Position numbers and translations under genes: made by a program. From contig CAVRYJ010000044.1 of NCBI GenBank assembly GCA_963725425.1, positions 132,263-196,262 of the forward strand: a DNA stretch of 64,000 nt, written 5' to 3'. The first letter of the stretch is position 1, and each line of letters starts with the position of its first letter. Origin of the DNA: an uncultured Clostridiaceae bacterium (GTDB lineage: Bacteria > Bacillota > Clostridia > Clostridiales > Clostridiaceae). A model generated the notes under the pieces. It did not search any database. It was not told where the DNA came from and was given only the letters and a program-made list of their open reading frames with translations. Positions 9,683 through 20,614 of this stretch are shown piece by piece.

Positions 9683-12106
9683 ATGAAATATAAAGATTTA
9701 ATTAAAAAAATGACTTTAGAAGAAAAAGCATCTTTAATGTCAGGAAAAGATTTTTGGCAAACTCAGGATATAGAACGTCTTGGAGTCAATAGTATGTTTC
9801 TTGCCGATGGTCCCCATGGAATTAGAAAACAAGCGGTAGCCGCAGATCAGTTTGGACTTAATGTTGGTATTCCCGCAACTTGTTTTCCCACAGCCGCAAC
9901 TGTAGCTAACAGTTGGAATGAAGAACTGGGAGAAAAAATAGGAGAGTATCTTGGTGAAGAAGCTATTTCGCAAAAAGTTAATGTGCTGCTAGGACCTGGT
10001 GTTAATATGAAGAGAAATCCTTTATGTGGAACAAACTTTGAGTATTTCAGTGAAGATCCATATCTTGCCGGTAAAATGGTTGCTGGATATATTAGAGGAA
10101 TTCAGTCACATGGAATTTCAGCTTGTGTGAAACATTTTTGTGTAAATAATCAGGAAGAGAGACGTATGGCTATTGATACCATAGTGGATGAAAGAACTCT
10201 TAGAGAAATCTATCTCACTGCATTTGAGATTGCAGTTAAAGAAGGTAGGACTAAGGCCATAATGTCTTCATATAATATGCTTAATGGTACATATACTAAT
10301 GAAAATATGCATTTGATGAATACAATCCTGCGTGGTGAATGGAATTATAAAGGCTGCGTTATTACAGATTGGGGCGGAAGCAATGATCGTATTGCAGGAC
10401 TTATTGCTGGTAATGAGCTTGAAATGCCAACAACATCAGGTGAGACAGATGAAGAGATTATAAGCGCCATTAAAAGTGGAAAAATCAAAGAAGAAGTATT
10501 AGACCAATGTGTAGACAGATTACTTGAACTTATTTTTACAACAGAAGATGCATATAAGAAACCTCATACAGAGTTTGATGTGGAAAAGCATCATAGAGTA
10601 GCACAAAAAGTTGCAGAAGAGTCAATAGTGCTGCTTAAAAATGAAGAGAATATATTACCACTTAAATATGGTAAAAAAGTTGCAGTTATAGGCGAGTTTG
10701 CAGAAGAAGCACGATATCAGGGTGCGGGATCATCTATTGTAAACCCAACAATCTTGGATCATACATTATATTGTTTTGAGGAATCAGGAATTATCAGCAT
10801 TGGATATGAACCTGGTTTTGAACGGTATGGTAAAAAAAGTAAGAAAAAAGTAGATAAGGCATGTGCACTTGCAAAAGAAGCAGATGTCATTCTTTTATAT
10901 ATTGGTCTGGATGAAGTAAGCGAAGCTGAAGGACTTGATAGACAAAGTATGAGCATTCCAGAGAACCAAATAGATTTATTAAATGCTCTGCACAAAGTTA
11001 ATCCCAATATTATAGCCATTCTTTCTTGTGGCTCTGCAGTAGAAATGCCATGGATAAATAAGGTAAAAGCATTGTTGCATGGGTATTTAGGGGGACAGGC
11101 AGGAGCAAGGGCCATACTTAGGGTTTTGTCAGGTGATGTGAACCCTTCAGGAAAATTGGCAGAGACATACCCAATTCATTATGAGGATACACCTTCCTTT
11201 CACAATTTTCCTGGTAAAGAAGTTAGCGTAGAATATAGGGAAGGTATTTATATCGGCTATCGCTATTATGATACAGCAAATATAGATGTTCTTTTTCCAT
11301 TTGGATATGGCCTTAGTTATACAGCTTTTGAATATTCAGATATGAAAGTTAATAAGTATGAAGCAACATTTAAGTTAACAAATTCCGGAAAAGTTGCTGG
11401 AATGGAAATCGCACAGATGTACGTAGGCTGTAATTCCCATGATATTTTCAGACCCAAAAAGGAGTTAAAAGGATTTGTTAAGATATTTATAAATGCAGGT
11501 GATACAAAGACTGTAACAATATATTTTGATGACAAGACATTTCGGTATTTTAACGTTAAAACAAATAAATGGGAAATACAAGAAGCAGAATATACAATTA
11601 TGATTGCTGCATCAAGTGCAGACATAAGATTAGAAGATAATGTATTTATAAAAGGCACAGATGCACCACTGCCCTATGACAAGAACATACTTCCATCCTA
11701 TTATTCAGGTAAAGTAAACAACGTCAGCACAGAAGAATTCGAAAAATTAATTGGGTTTAATGTGCCTATCTCTAAATGGGATAGAACAAAACCACTTGGT
11801 TACAATGATACTATTGCACAGTGTCAGTATGCAAAGGGCGGATTTGCAAGATTTGTTTTTCATATGATTGTTTTTGCATATTGGTTTTTAAGAAAAATAG
11901 GAAAGAGAAGCGCTGCTAATATTATAATGATGTCTATATATCATATGCCATTTCGTGGAATCGCCAGAATGACAGGTGGTGCAGTGAATATGCCAATGCT
12001 TAATGGCATTTTGATGATAGTAAATGGCCATTTCTTTAAAGGCTTGAATCATTTGTTAAAGGAAAGACGTAAGATGATGAGAGAGAGAAAAGCGAAAAAA
12101 CAATAG
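9683..12106 (+). CDS. GH3 beta-glucosidase, close paralog of 6434-8881
   Basis: Collinear with the preceding GH3 over its whole length; same motifs (ITDWGG). Confidence 0.95.
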   Translation: MKYKDLIKKMTLEEKASLMSGKDFWQTQDIERLGVNSMFLADGPHGIRKQAVAADQFGLNVGIPATCFPTAATVANSWNEELGEKIGEYLGEEAISQKVNVLLGPGVNMKRNPLCGTNFEYFSEDPYLAGKMVAGYIRGIQSHGISACVKHFCVNNQEERRMAIDTIVDERTLREIYLTAFEIAVKEGRTKAIMSSYNMLNGTYTNENMHLMNTILRGEWNYKGCVITDWGGSNDRIAGLIAGNELEMPTTSGETDEEIISAIKSGKIKEEVLDQCVDRLLELIFTTEDAYKKPHTEFDVEKHHRVAQKVAEESIVLLKNEENILPLKYGKKVAVIGEFAEEARYQGAGSSIVNPTILDHTLYCFEESGIISIGYEPGFERYGKKSKKKVDKACALAKEADVILLYIGLDEVSEAEGLDRQSMSIPENQIDLLNALHKVNPNIIAILSCGSAVEMPWINKVKALLHGYLGGQAGARAILRVLSGDVNPSGKLAETYPIHYEDTPSFHNFPGKEVSVEYREGIYIGYRYYDTANIDVLFPFGYGLSYTAFEYSDMKVNKYEATFKLTNSGKVAGMEIAQMYVGCNSHDIFRPKKELKGFVKIFINAGDTKTVTIYFDDKTFRYFNVKTNKWEIQEAEYTIMIAASSADIRLEDNVFIKGTDAPLPYDKNILPSYYSGKVNNVSTEEFEKLIGFNVPISKWDRTKPLGYNDTIAQCQYAKGGFARFVFHMIVFAYWFLRKIGKRSAANIIMMSIYHMPFRGIARMTGGAVNMPMLNGILMIVNGHFFKGLNHLLKERRKMMRERKAKKQ

Positions 12107-12113
12107 AAGAATG

Positions 12114-12152
12114 AAACCCACCACATTGAAAAATTTTCAATGTGGTGGGTTT
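12114..12152. terminator. Bidirectional intrinsic terminator between convergent genes
   Basis: AAACCCACCACATTGAAAA / TTTTCAATGTGGTGGGTTT inverted repeat with a T-run. Confidence 0.9.
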
Positions 12153-12169
12153 TTTTATGTCTTTATTTA

Positions 12170-13522
12170 CTAATTTGTTTTTGTTGTTGTAGTTGCTAGG
12201 TTATTTAAACTTTGATCAGCTAGCCATTCCATAATTGTTGTTGTATTCCCATTAATTGCTGTTTTACACTGGTTATTATAGACATATATCCATGACCAAT
12301 GTCCCATATATTCATAGGGCGTGCCATCTGCTTTTTTGTATAAACCAGTAGTATCAACCACTTTATCAAAGAATGAGAAATGAACATTTTTTGCTCCAGC
12401 TTGAACTAAACGATTATAAGTTGGAATTACATAGCTAACCGGTGGTACTGTTGTATCTGTCTCGGCAGCAGTAAACCACATTGGCATGTTTGACATTTTT
12501 TCTATTTGATCATCAGTAATTAATTTATCATTTAAAGCCTCACAGGTTGGAAATGCAGCTGCAAAGTAATTTGAATAATCTCTAACCATAAGCATTGTCA
12601 TATATCCGCCGTTGGAATCTCCTCCAATATAGATTCTATTTGTATCAATGTTTTTATTATTAGCAACATAATTTTTTATCAATGACATAAGCGGTTTCTC
12701 ATATCTTGAAGTTCCATCTCCAAAATTTAAAAAACCATCCATCCAGAAAGTTGGAGCTTGAGGTGCTAAAACATAGGCTCCTCCAAAATATGCTTGAGTA
12801 TCTTTTGATGCAAAGCTATCTGCTTTGTTGCCGCAAATGGGTAGAAGACCATCTGTACCGCCTTCTCCTATACCGTGCAACCAGATAATTAATGGATGTT
12901 TTCCACTATTCATTGCTGGTGCATAGCTTGAATATGCTAGGGTAACATTATCATTGGTTTCTTTTCCAACTGTAAAATCATCTACAATCTTTTTAATTGA
13001 CCCTGTACATTTATTAACAATTAATCCTGAAATTAATCCAGATTCAGAAGCTATATCTTTTAGCTGAGTAATTGTATAATCGCAATTAACCCATCCATTA
13101 AGAGACGTTGCTATATCATAGTTGATTGGTGAACCTAATGATACATCTGGTCCAACTTGCATTTCAAGAACTACATACTGTCCACTGTTAGCAGCATTAC
13201 CATCTTTATCAGAAACGTAGGCTTTTATAACTTTACGATCACCTTCTGCATCTCCTAATACCTTGGTTTTAAATCTATTTTCAGTTCTTACTACATGTGC
13301 CTTAAAAGTATCTGTTGATACTGAATTTTGGTTCACTACCTTACCTAAATCAACAATTACCTTTGTAACAGCTGGACCCCAGTCAAATACTTCAGTAACA
13401 GTGCGGTAAGATGTCGTTTGTGTATCCGCAGCAAAAACACTTGTGTTTGAAGAAAATATCATAATAGGTGCTAGAATAAATGCCATTAATATCTTTCCAT
13501 ATCCTTGGATTTTTTTTGCCAT
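12170..13522 (-). CDS. Secreted alpha/beta-hydrolase (esterase / S9 peptidase-like) with N-terminal Ig-like domain
   Basis: Signal peptide ending VFA; EVFDWGPAVTKVIV N-domain; PLIIWLHGIGEGG, GDSNGG nucleophile elbow, GHWSW. Confidence 0.8.
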   Translation of the reverse strand: MAKKIQGYGKILMAFILAPIMIFSSNTSVFAADTQTTSYRTVTEVFDWGPAVTKVIVDLGKVVNQNSVSTDTFKAHVVRTENRFKTKVLGDAEGDRKVIKAYVSDKDGNAANSGQYVVLEMQVGPDVSLGSPINYDIATSLNGWVNCDYTITQLKDIASESGLISGLIVNKCTGSIKKIVDDFTVGKETNDNVTLAYSSYAPAMNSGKHPLIIWLHGIGEGGTDGLLPICGNKADSFASKDTQAYFGGAYVLAPQAPTFWMDGFLNFGDGTSRYEKPLMSLIKNYVANNKNIDTNRIYIGGDSNGGYMTMLMVRDYSNYFAAAFPTCEALNDKLITDDQIEKMSNMPMWFTAAETDTTVPPVSYVIPTYNRLVQAGAKNVHFSFFDKVVDTTGLYKKADGTPYEYMGHWSWIYVYNNQCKTAINGNTTTIMEWLADQSLNNLATTTTKTN

Positions 13523-13659
13523 TTTTTATACCCCCCATTGATAAACTTAATGTAGCAAAGATTTTTTATTTCTAAATAAATTAATCCTCAGTTTTACCCC
13601 CCTTTACGTTGTCAACGTTTACATACAACTTGTGATATTGTATAACCTTAACACCATTT

Positions 13660-13732
13660 CAATGTTAAATTTAACACAATTAACCAAAAACCTCAATAAA
13701 CTAAAAATTAGGGGGTATAAACTTTTAGTTTC
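13660..13732 (-). promoter_or_regulatory. Second copy of the GH3-operon operator/promoter, upstream of the esterase gene
   Basis: Minus strand reads ATGAAACTAAAAGTTTATACCCCCTAATTTTTAGTTTATT...GTGTTAAATTTAACATTG, matching 3299-3372. Confidence 0.6.
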
Positions 13733-13744
13733 ATAATGCATTCT

Positions 13745-14035
13745 ATGATTAATTAGTTAATTCATACTAGTATTTTATGTTGGTGTAATATACTAGTATT
13801 TAGTATTAGTACTAAGGGTCGGTAGTAAGGGTCAAATCTATAGTTAGGAAGGCATATGAAAGACAATGGACAATGGACAATGAGCAATTGAAAGCCGGCA
13901 AGGGGTAGTTGATGGTTAAGTTTTTTTATTTTCTCCATGTATTGAGAAAATAAAAAAACTTAATTTTAGATTTTTTGAATCCAAGCGTAAAAAAATCAAC
14001 CTTAACTGTCCATTGTTCATTGTCAATTGTCCACT
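13745..14035 (+). repeat. ~300-bp dispersed repeat, copy 2
   Basis: Collinear with 1980-2290. Confidence 0.85.
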
Positions 14036-14100
14036 TGTTTTAAATTGTACCCATTATGGCTATTTCTTAGCTGGCACTCAAAGGAGTAAAAAGCAAAATT

Positions 14101-14182
14101 ATAAACAGAATATTGTTCTGTTTATCTATTGACATTTCTCCATGCAGAACTATAATTATAAGCAGAACGATATTCTGTTTAT
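14101..14182 (+). promoter_or_regulatory. sigmaA promoter flanked by two candidate TetR operators
   Basis: TTGACA (14129) - 16 nt - TATAAT (14151); palindromes ATAAACAGAA-N5-TTCTGTTTAT (14101-14125) and AAGCAGAA-N5-TTCTGTTT (14160-14180). Confidence 0.8.
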
Positions 14183-14203
14183 AAAATGAAAGAAGGTGTT
14201 GAA

Positions 14204-14824
14204 ATGTCGAGGAAACGTGTTCTTACAGGTGGGAAAAGAGATGAGTTAATTTCTGTGTCTCTAAAACTATTTATGGAAAATGGCTATGAAAACACCTCAG
14301 TGCGTATGATCCTTAATGAGGTTAACGGTGAGGTTGGGATGTTCTACCACTATTTCAAATCCAAGGACGAACTGTTTGAAGCAGCAGTAGGGTTGTATTT
14401 CCGGCAGTACTCAGAATGTTTTGGAAATATTGTAACAGATTCAAGCTTGTCTCTGTCTGATCAGATGGACCAAATCTTCTGCCTTTTTAAAACTAATTCC
14501 GAGACGTATTTGCTGATGAACAAGAACGGCGGTGTTCATTGGACCGTAGAGCTTGCACTACGTGAAAAGACCTTGGACGAGCTCGAGCCATATATAGTAA
14601 TAATCCTACAAAATGCCCTAAACGCCGAAATAATGCAACAGCCTAACGTACCTTTAAATGTGCTTGCGGCATTTTTAGTACATGGAATTGCTGGCATAGT
14701 ACATCAGAAATCGGTTAAGGAAATCACACCCGAACTCTTCCTCAAAAAAAGGAAGGATATAATAAAGCTTCTGGCAAATACTCTGGGGATTTCTCCCGAA
14801 ACCATTGGAGGATATAATTTATGA
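14204..14824 (+). CDS. TetR/AcrR family transcriptional regulator
   Basis: LFMENGYENTSVRMILNEVNGEVGMFYHYFKSKDELF HTH; RBS GAAGGTG before ATG 14204. Confidence 0.92.
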   Translation: MSRKRVLTGGKRDELISVSLKLFMENGYENTSVRMILNEVNGEVGMFYHYFKSKDELFEAAVGLYFRQYSECFGNIVTDSSLSLSDQMDQIFCLFKTNSETYLLMNKNGGVHWTVELALREKTLDELEPYIVIILQNALNAEIMQQPNVPLNVLAAFLVHGIAGIVHQKSVKEITPELFLKKRKDIIKLLANTLGISPETIGGYNL

Positions 14825-15661
14825 AAAAGGTTATTTATTATTTCTCCGGAACAGGCAACAGCATGAGAGCTGCTTCCCGTATAGCTGCAGCTTTAACCGA
14901 TACTGAGATTATTTCCATGCGCTGTAATCCGTCACAAGTCCCTTCAGCAAAAGTCCATATCATAGGTTTTGTTTTCCCAGTATATCATTGGACCATGCCG
15001 GAAGCGGTAGTCAGGTTCATAATGGGTCTTCGGATAAACTCTGGCGCATATATCTTTGCCGTGTCCACCCCAGGTTTTATCAACGGTCATAGCTTCGAAG
15101 TACTAGAAGGGATACTGAAGGAGAAGAAATGCATCCCTTTCTTATGGTAAAATACTATATAGCGTTGCTAATCTTGTAGTTGTATATCCTCCAATGCCAT
15201 TTCCAATGCTGCGGGTTCCAAAGGCGGAGAAAAAGCTTACCGCAATTTCCACAGATATAGCGAGAATGAAAACATGCAAATACCCAAGTGCCTTTGCTTT
15301 GACGAGAATGCTGTATCCTTTCGTTATGCCCAAGTACAGAAGCTTGCTGCACGAGGCTGACAGAGGTTTTGTAGTTTCTGACAAATGCATTTCATGCGGC
15401 ACCTGCACAAGAGTTTGCCCATGTAAGAACATAGTAATGGAGAATGGCAGACCCACTTTTAGGCATCAATGCAATTTCTGTATGGCATGTGTGGCTTATT
15501 GTCCCAAGGGAGCATTCAATTATGTTGTTAACCCTGAGATGAAAAAAAAGTGCAACCATTTTTTTATTAGGATTTTGAAACTGCCAAGTAAGAGAAAGAG
15601 ATACCACAATCCATTTGTCACAGCCACTGATATGGCGATGGACAGGAAGTACATTAAGTAG
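14821..15661 (+). CDS. Flavodoxin plus 4Fe-4S ferredoxin fusion (EFR1-like), frameshift near 15135
   Basis: IYYFSGTGNS flavodoxin motif, FVFPVY; CISCGTCTRVCP and CNFCMACVAYCP ferredoxin motifs; the two ORFs join by one indel. Confidence 0.85.
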
Positions 15662-15879
15662 AATAATGCATAATCTTCTTTATATTAATAACTTTCAGAT
15701 ATAAGCCTTACTGTCAATTTTAAATTGTCCATTGATTGCTGATAACTAAGCGAGCTTTTCTCATTTTTGATATAACGGTCAAAACTCCCCAAAAGTATAT
15801 TATTCTATTTTTTGTACTAATATGGTAATATATTATTTGCAGAATATATTATTAAAATTAAGGGGGAAAATTAAATATC

Positions 15880-16748
15880 ATGATATCAAAGAAAATTTTA
15901 GCAACTATTTCATTAGTAGTTGCAATATCAGTAACAATAGTTACACCAGTATTTGCAACAAACAGTGATATCCATCTTTTAAGTGATACTTCAAAGCCTT
16001 CTTATACGAAATTACGGACAGATAACTTTGCAATACAAAAAAAATAGGCTTAAATTCACAGAACTATGGTTATGAACTGAATGGTAAAATTTATAAATTT
16101 AATGATGTATTAACTCTTTTTTATAAGTATAAAAATATTTTCACTGAACCTATGATACCCCTTCCAGCTTTGCCTTTATCCGTACGTTCAGTTTTCCCTA
16201 TCAATTCCATATACACAACAATAGGAAAACCCGCAGTATTACCAACAACTATAAGTGTTAAATTAAGTGATAGAACAACAGATGTAGCTAATATAACATG
16301 GGGAACAGTTGATGTAACAACAGTTGGATGTAAAAATATTTTGGGTACATTATCAGTTCCAAACGGAAAGACATGGAAATTAACAACTGCTCAACAGACA
16401 GTTAGTACAAAAGTTTATGTTGGTTCTTCAATAGTTGATGTAACATATAATAATGGAAGCATTGAGCTAAAAAAAGGTGATATTTTAGAATTAACTCTAC
16501 CTGAATGTGCTGATGGCGGTTACTTGTGGTCGTTTAAGTCAGCCTTAGATAGCAATATATTACAAATATTAGATGATACTTATATATTACCTAGTTCTGA
16601 TCCTAATATTCTTGGTGGTGTTGGGCAAAGACGTTGGATAATCCAAGCCGTAGACACTGGTAGTGCCACAATAAATTTACATGAATTCAGATTATTTGAA
16701 GCTAACTCTACTATTAATACCTTTAATTTAAAAATTACAATTAAATAA
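15880..16748 (+). CDS. Secreted constant-N-module protein with Ig-like and chagasin/I42 inhibitor-like C-terminus (frameshift in an A-run at ~16040)
   Basis: MISKKILATISLVVAISVTIVTPVFA signal and GLNSQNYGYE module; LELTLPECADGGYLWS...LGGVGQRRWIIQAVDTG resembles chagasin-type domains. Confidence 0.7.
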
Positions 16749-16807
16749 ATCTTTTTCTAAATGCATAAATAAATAGAATCAAAAAGAGAGAGTCGCTAGA
16801 TAGATCT

Positions 16808-17257
16808 ATGGCGGTTCTTTTTTGTTATTTAATAATGTGTTTGTTATATTGTCCTACTAAAGCAATTGCTGCAGAACCAAACAATAATGCTAAACAAGGC
16901 ATACTTTATGAATATACTCCCAAGGAAGGCTCTATAGAAGAACTATATAAAGATATAATAGCTACATTGATTGAGCCTTATATTGTGTGTGAAATACAAA
17001 CACATTATGGTCAACCACTTCTATATGATTTATTTGACATGAAATTTTAAAAAATAGAAAGACCACGTTATCGTTCATTCGACTTTACAATAAAACTTCA
17101 AATCAGACCCTTTGTTGGACCACATGATACCATAGGAATTGATGATATTACTATAAGAATAGGTCCAAGTAAAACCCAAGTTGAAGAATTTAAACATATT
17201 AAAAGCTTTCCAATTCCACCTAATTTAAAAGAGGATTATAAAGACTTAAAGTTATAA
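16808..17257 (+). CDS. DUF3888-like secreted protein (frameshift at ~17046)
   Basis: YKDIIATLIEPYI...YGQPLLYDLFDM, then in the other frame KIERPRYRSFDFTIKLQIRPFVGPHDTIGIDDITIRI. Confidence 0.6.
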
Positions 17258-17459
17258 GTAATGGAACCGCCTAGCATTAATACTAAGGGTCAACACTGAG
17301 GGTCAATTCTAATAGTTAATATTAAAGGTTGATATTAAGATATACATAGTTATCACTTGCGCAAACTTTTGGTTCCTGACCTACCTTAAAATACCATCAG
17401 AATCTTTGACTTGTTATTTTCTTGATTGTGACAAACAAAGAAGATTTAAATGAGCTCTC

Positions 17460-17880
17460 ATGGATATGAATGCTGATATTAAAAAAGCAGAAGAAAAAAT
17501 AGAATATCTACTTTGTCATTAACAACAGAGAAGCAGTTGCCAGTGAAACCAGCTTTTCCTTTATAATCTATAATTAGTTAATTCATACTAGTATTTGAAG
17601 TCAGTGTTATATATTAGTACTTAGAATCAATACTAAGTACTAATACTAAGTATCAGTATTTAGTATTGGTTCTAATAGTTAATACGGCATCTGTAAGACA
17701 ATGGAGAATGGACAATTGAAAATTGACAATTGACAATGAACAACTGGCAATGGATATTTGATAAGTAAAGGTAGTTCTTCTCCCTACTAGTAAAATTACA
17801 AAACTTCCCTTTAGATTTTTTGAAGCTTTGCTACAAAAAATCAACCATAACTATCCATTTTCAATTCTCCACTGTCCACT
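17460..17880 (+). repeat. Deleted remnant of the rpn 3' region plus ~300-bp dispersed repeat, copy 3
   Basis: Pieces match ~1437-1490, ~1764-1788 and ~1950-2290 in order, with internal deletions. Confidence 0.85.
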
Positions 17881-18007
17881 TTTTTGAATAATATTTATAA
17901 GTTTATTAACAACAACTCCTGTTGTTGTTTTAGATTGTTTTATAATCTTTTGTTTTAATCGTTTTAGGCGTGCTCCAAACCCTTGGTATGACTAGGTCTA
18001 AAACTTT

Positions 18008-18154
18008 AAAGGCAACCTATTTATGGTCAAAGGCAACCTGTTTATGGTATATTGGACTTTAAAGGCAACTCATATATGGTCAAAGGCAACTTATTTATGG
18101 TGAAAGGCAACTTGTTTATGGTATATTAATCTCTAAAGGCAACCTGTTTATGGT
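18008..18154 (+). repeat. Iteron array of origin 1: six 20-bp copies of AAAGGCAACYTRTTTATGGT
   Basis: Starts at 18008, 18029, 18061, 18082, 18103, 18135 (spacing 21/32/21/21/32); AT-rich tract upstream, rep gene downstream. Confidence 0.92.
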
Positions 18155-18227
18155 ATAGTAAATATTTATCTGAAAACATAGCTAGGCTAATGGTTTATGA
18201 ATATATAGCTTTGCTTTTAAAAAGTTA

Positions 18228-18257
18228 TTGACAACGTCTAAGCAAAAAAGTTATAGT
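18228..18257 (+). promoter_or_regulatory. Candidate rep1 promoter
   Basis: TTGACA-N18-TATAGT, RBS AGGGTG just downstream. Confidence 0.55.
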
Positions 18258-18277
18258 TACTACTAGGGTGATAGTAA

Positions 18278-19330
18278 ATGATAACGGATATGACAAATAC
18301 AAATGACAATTGGATATATCAAAGTAATAAATTGATCGAGGCATCTTATTCATTTACGGTATTAGAACAAAAATTAATTAGACTTTTGGCAAGTATGATA
18401 AACAAAGATGATGATGATTTTAAAGAATATAAATTTAAAGCAGTTGATTTAAGCAAGCTGTTTAAAATTAATCAAAAAAACATTTATATGGAATTAGATA
18501 AAATAACAGATAAATTAATGACACGATATATAAAAATAAAACATAATGACAGTCAAAAATTTAAAAAAAGACATTTGATAAAAATAGCAGATTTTGAAAA
18601 TGGAATATTAACAATGAAGATCGATGAGGACATGAAAGAATTTTATTTAAAATTAAATTGGTATACAAAATATCAACTTAAAAATATAATGCAATTTAAA
18701 AGCACTTATTCCTTTAGGTTATATGAATTGTTTAAGCAGTATGAGAATATAGGTCATAGATTAATGGGTATTGAAGATTTACGGCATATACTAGAGATTG
18801 ATAAGAACCAATATGCTAAGTATTCAAATTTAAAACAAAAAGTTATTAGCGTTGGTATTAACGAAATAAATATAAATACTGATTTACATATAGATTACGA
18901 AGAAATGAAAGAAGTTAGAAAAGTAACAACTATTAAATTTTACATAAGACCTACTACTAAAGCAAAAAATGAAATGATAACAGCAAAAGTTGTCCAAGCT
19001 CCAAATAAATCAGAACCATATATTGACAACGTTAAATTGATTATAAAAAATGTTATTGATGATGAAATTAGCGATAAAACAGCTAATGATATTTATCAAT
19101 GTGCCACTAAAAATAGAGTATATGGAAACATGCCCTTAGAATTAATAAATGAAGTTGCAGAGTATTCTAAAACTCAAGATATTAAAAACGGTTTTGTAGG
19201 ATGGGCAAAATCTATTATTTCAACCTATGAAAGACCTATAAAAACTCATAAAACATCTAATTTCAATGATTACCCTCAAAGAAGTTATGATTACGATGAA
19301 CTGGAGAAAAAGCTTTTGGGGATAGAATAA
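18278..19330 (+). CDS. Plasmid replication initiator, Rep_3 (RepB-like) family, copy 1
   Basis: QSNKLIEASYSFTVLEQKLI, KSTYSFRLYELFKQY, YSNLKQKVI...INEIN winged-helix motifs. Confidence 0.93.
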   Translation: MITDMTNTNDNWIYQSNKLIEASYSFTVLEQKLIRLLASMINKDDDDFKEYKFKAVDLSKLFKINQKNIYMELDKITDKLMTRYIKIKHNDSQKFKKRHLIKIADFENGILTMKIDEDMKEFYLKLNWYTKYQLKNIMQFKSTYSFRLYELFKQYENIGHRLMGIEDLRHILEIDKNQYAKYSNLKQKVISVGINEININTDLHIDYEEMKEVRKVTTIKFYIRPTTKAKNEMITAKVVQAPNKSEPYIDNVKLIIKNVIDDEISDKTANDIYQCATKNRVYGNMPLELINEVAEYSKTQDIKNGFVGWAKSIISTYERPIKTHKTSNFNDYPQRSYDYDELEKKLLGIE

Positions 19331-19336
19331 ACAATA

Positions 19337-19521
19337 AGGACAATTCACAATGGACAATGGAGAGTGGACAATGGAGAGTGGAAAGTTAAGGTTGATTTTA
19401 TGTAGCAAAGCTACATAAAATCTGAAATTAATTATTAGTTTTTCTGAGCAAAGCGAAGAAAACATCATTAACTGTCCATTGTCAATTTTCCATTGTCAAT
19501 TTTTATTTTTCCATTGTCCAC
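19337..19521. repeat. Heptamer-armed hairpin element between convergent rep1 and rep2
   Basis: (CAATGGA/GAGTGGA)n - GTAGCAAAGCTAC - CTGAGCAAAGCGAAG - (TCCATTG/TCAATTT)n. Confidence 0.85.
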
Positions 19522-19525
19522 TGCC

Positions 19526-20559
19526 TTACTTAATCCCTAAAAGCTTTTTCTCCAAAGCCTCATAATCATATTCCCTTTGCTCATAATCAGTGAATGCATT
19601 TTTAGCTGTATTACCTTTTGGTTCTTGAAAAACACCTGGTCTAACCATACTTATCATAGCCCCAACAATACTATCTAATTCCTTGTTTTTAAAGTGATTG
19701 TACACCTTTTTTATAAGTTCCATATTACCATTAGAGCTATCATATATGTTCTTGGCTTCAACTGATGTTATATCCTTTTCAGCCATGATTTTTTTAACTT
19801 TCTTTATGTACTTACCTTCATTGGGATCTTCCTTAATTACTTCTGACTCAATATGTAATGAACTTTTATCTTCTTCTTCAATAACATTCTTATTTGGCTG
19901 TATGTAAAACTTAATAGCTACTATTCTGCGGCTTTTTCTAACTTCAGTGAAATCAAAACGAATATCAGTTTTAGACTGTAATTCCTTTTGAGCTTGGGCT
20001 AATACTCTTAACTTAAAATCATAATATCTTGGATATTCCTTATCTCCAATATTAAGCATATGTTTCAAGTCCTTTAGTAGTATAGTTTCATATCCTTGGG
20101 CTTTAAACTCAAAACTTTTTAATATTTCATAAAGTCTTATAGCATATTTGCTTTTAAGACTTAAAACATTTACAAGTTTATAACTTACAAATAATTCATT
20201 TAATTTAAGCAGATATGGTTTTAGTTTGGGATCAAAACATAATTCCACTGTACCTGAACCAAGTTCATATTCAGCAGATGAAAGCCATGAAAGTTGTAAT
20301 ATTTTTTTATTATTTCTTATCTCAAATCCTTTTTTCGTTAACTTTCTTGTTATTTTAGGTATCTCTATATATTTTTTTTGTCTTTAATTCCCAGTAGCTC
20401 TATAAACTCTTTTATACTAAACCTGTAAGATTTAAATTCCTCATCCTCTGGTTGTACTAAAGATGCCAGAGTAATTACTATTCTTTGCTCTTCAAGTGAT
20501 AAATCATAAGAGGCTGTAATTAGAGCATTTGATTTAGTAACTAAATTGTTTTCGTCCAT
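19526..20559 (-). CDS. Rep_3 initiator, copy 2 (frameshift in an A8 run at ~20370)
   Basis: VTKSNALITASYDLSLEEQRIV, then in a shifted frame LSWLSSAEY, KSKYAIRLYEILKS, FKLRVLAQAQKEL. Confidence 0.9.
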
Positions 20560-20614
20560 ATGTCTTCACCCCAAAAAACATTATAAACTTTATATAACTT
20601 CAACGTCAACCTAT

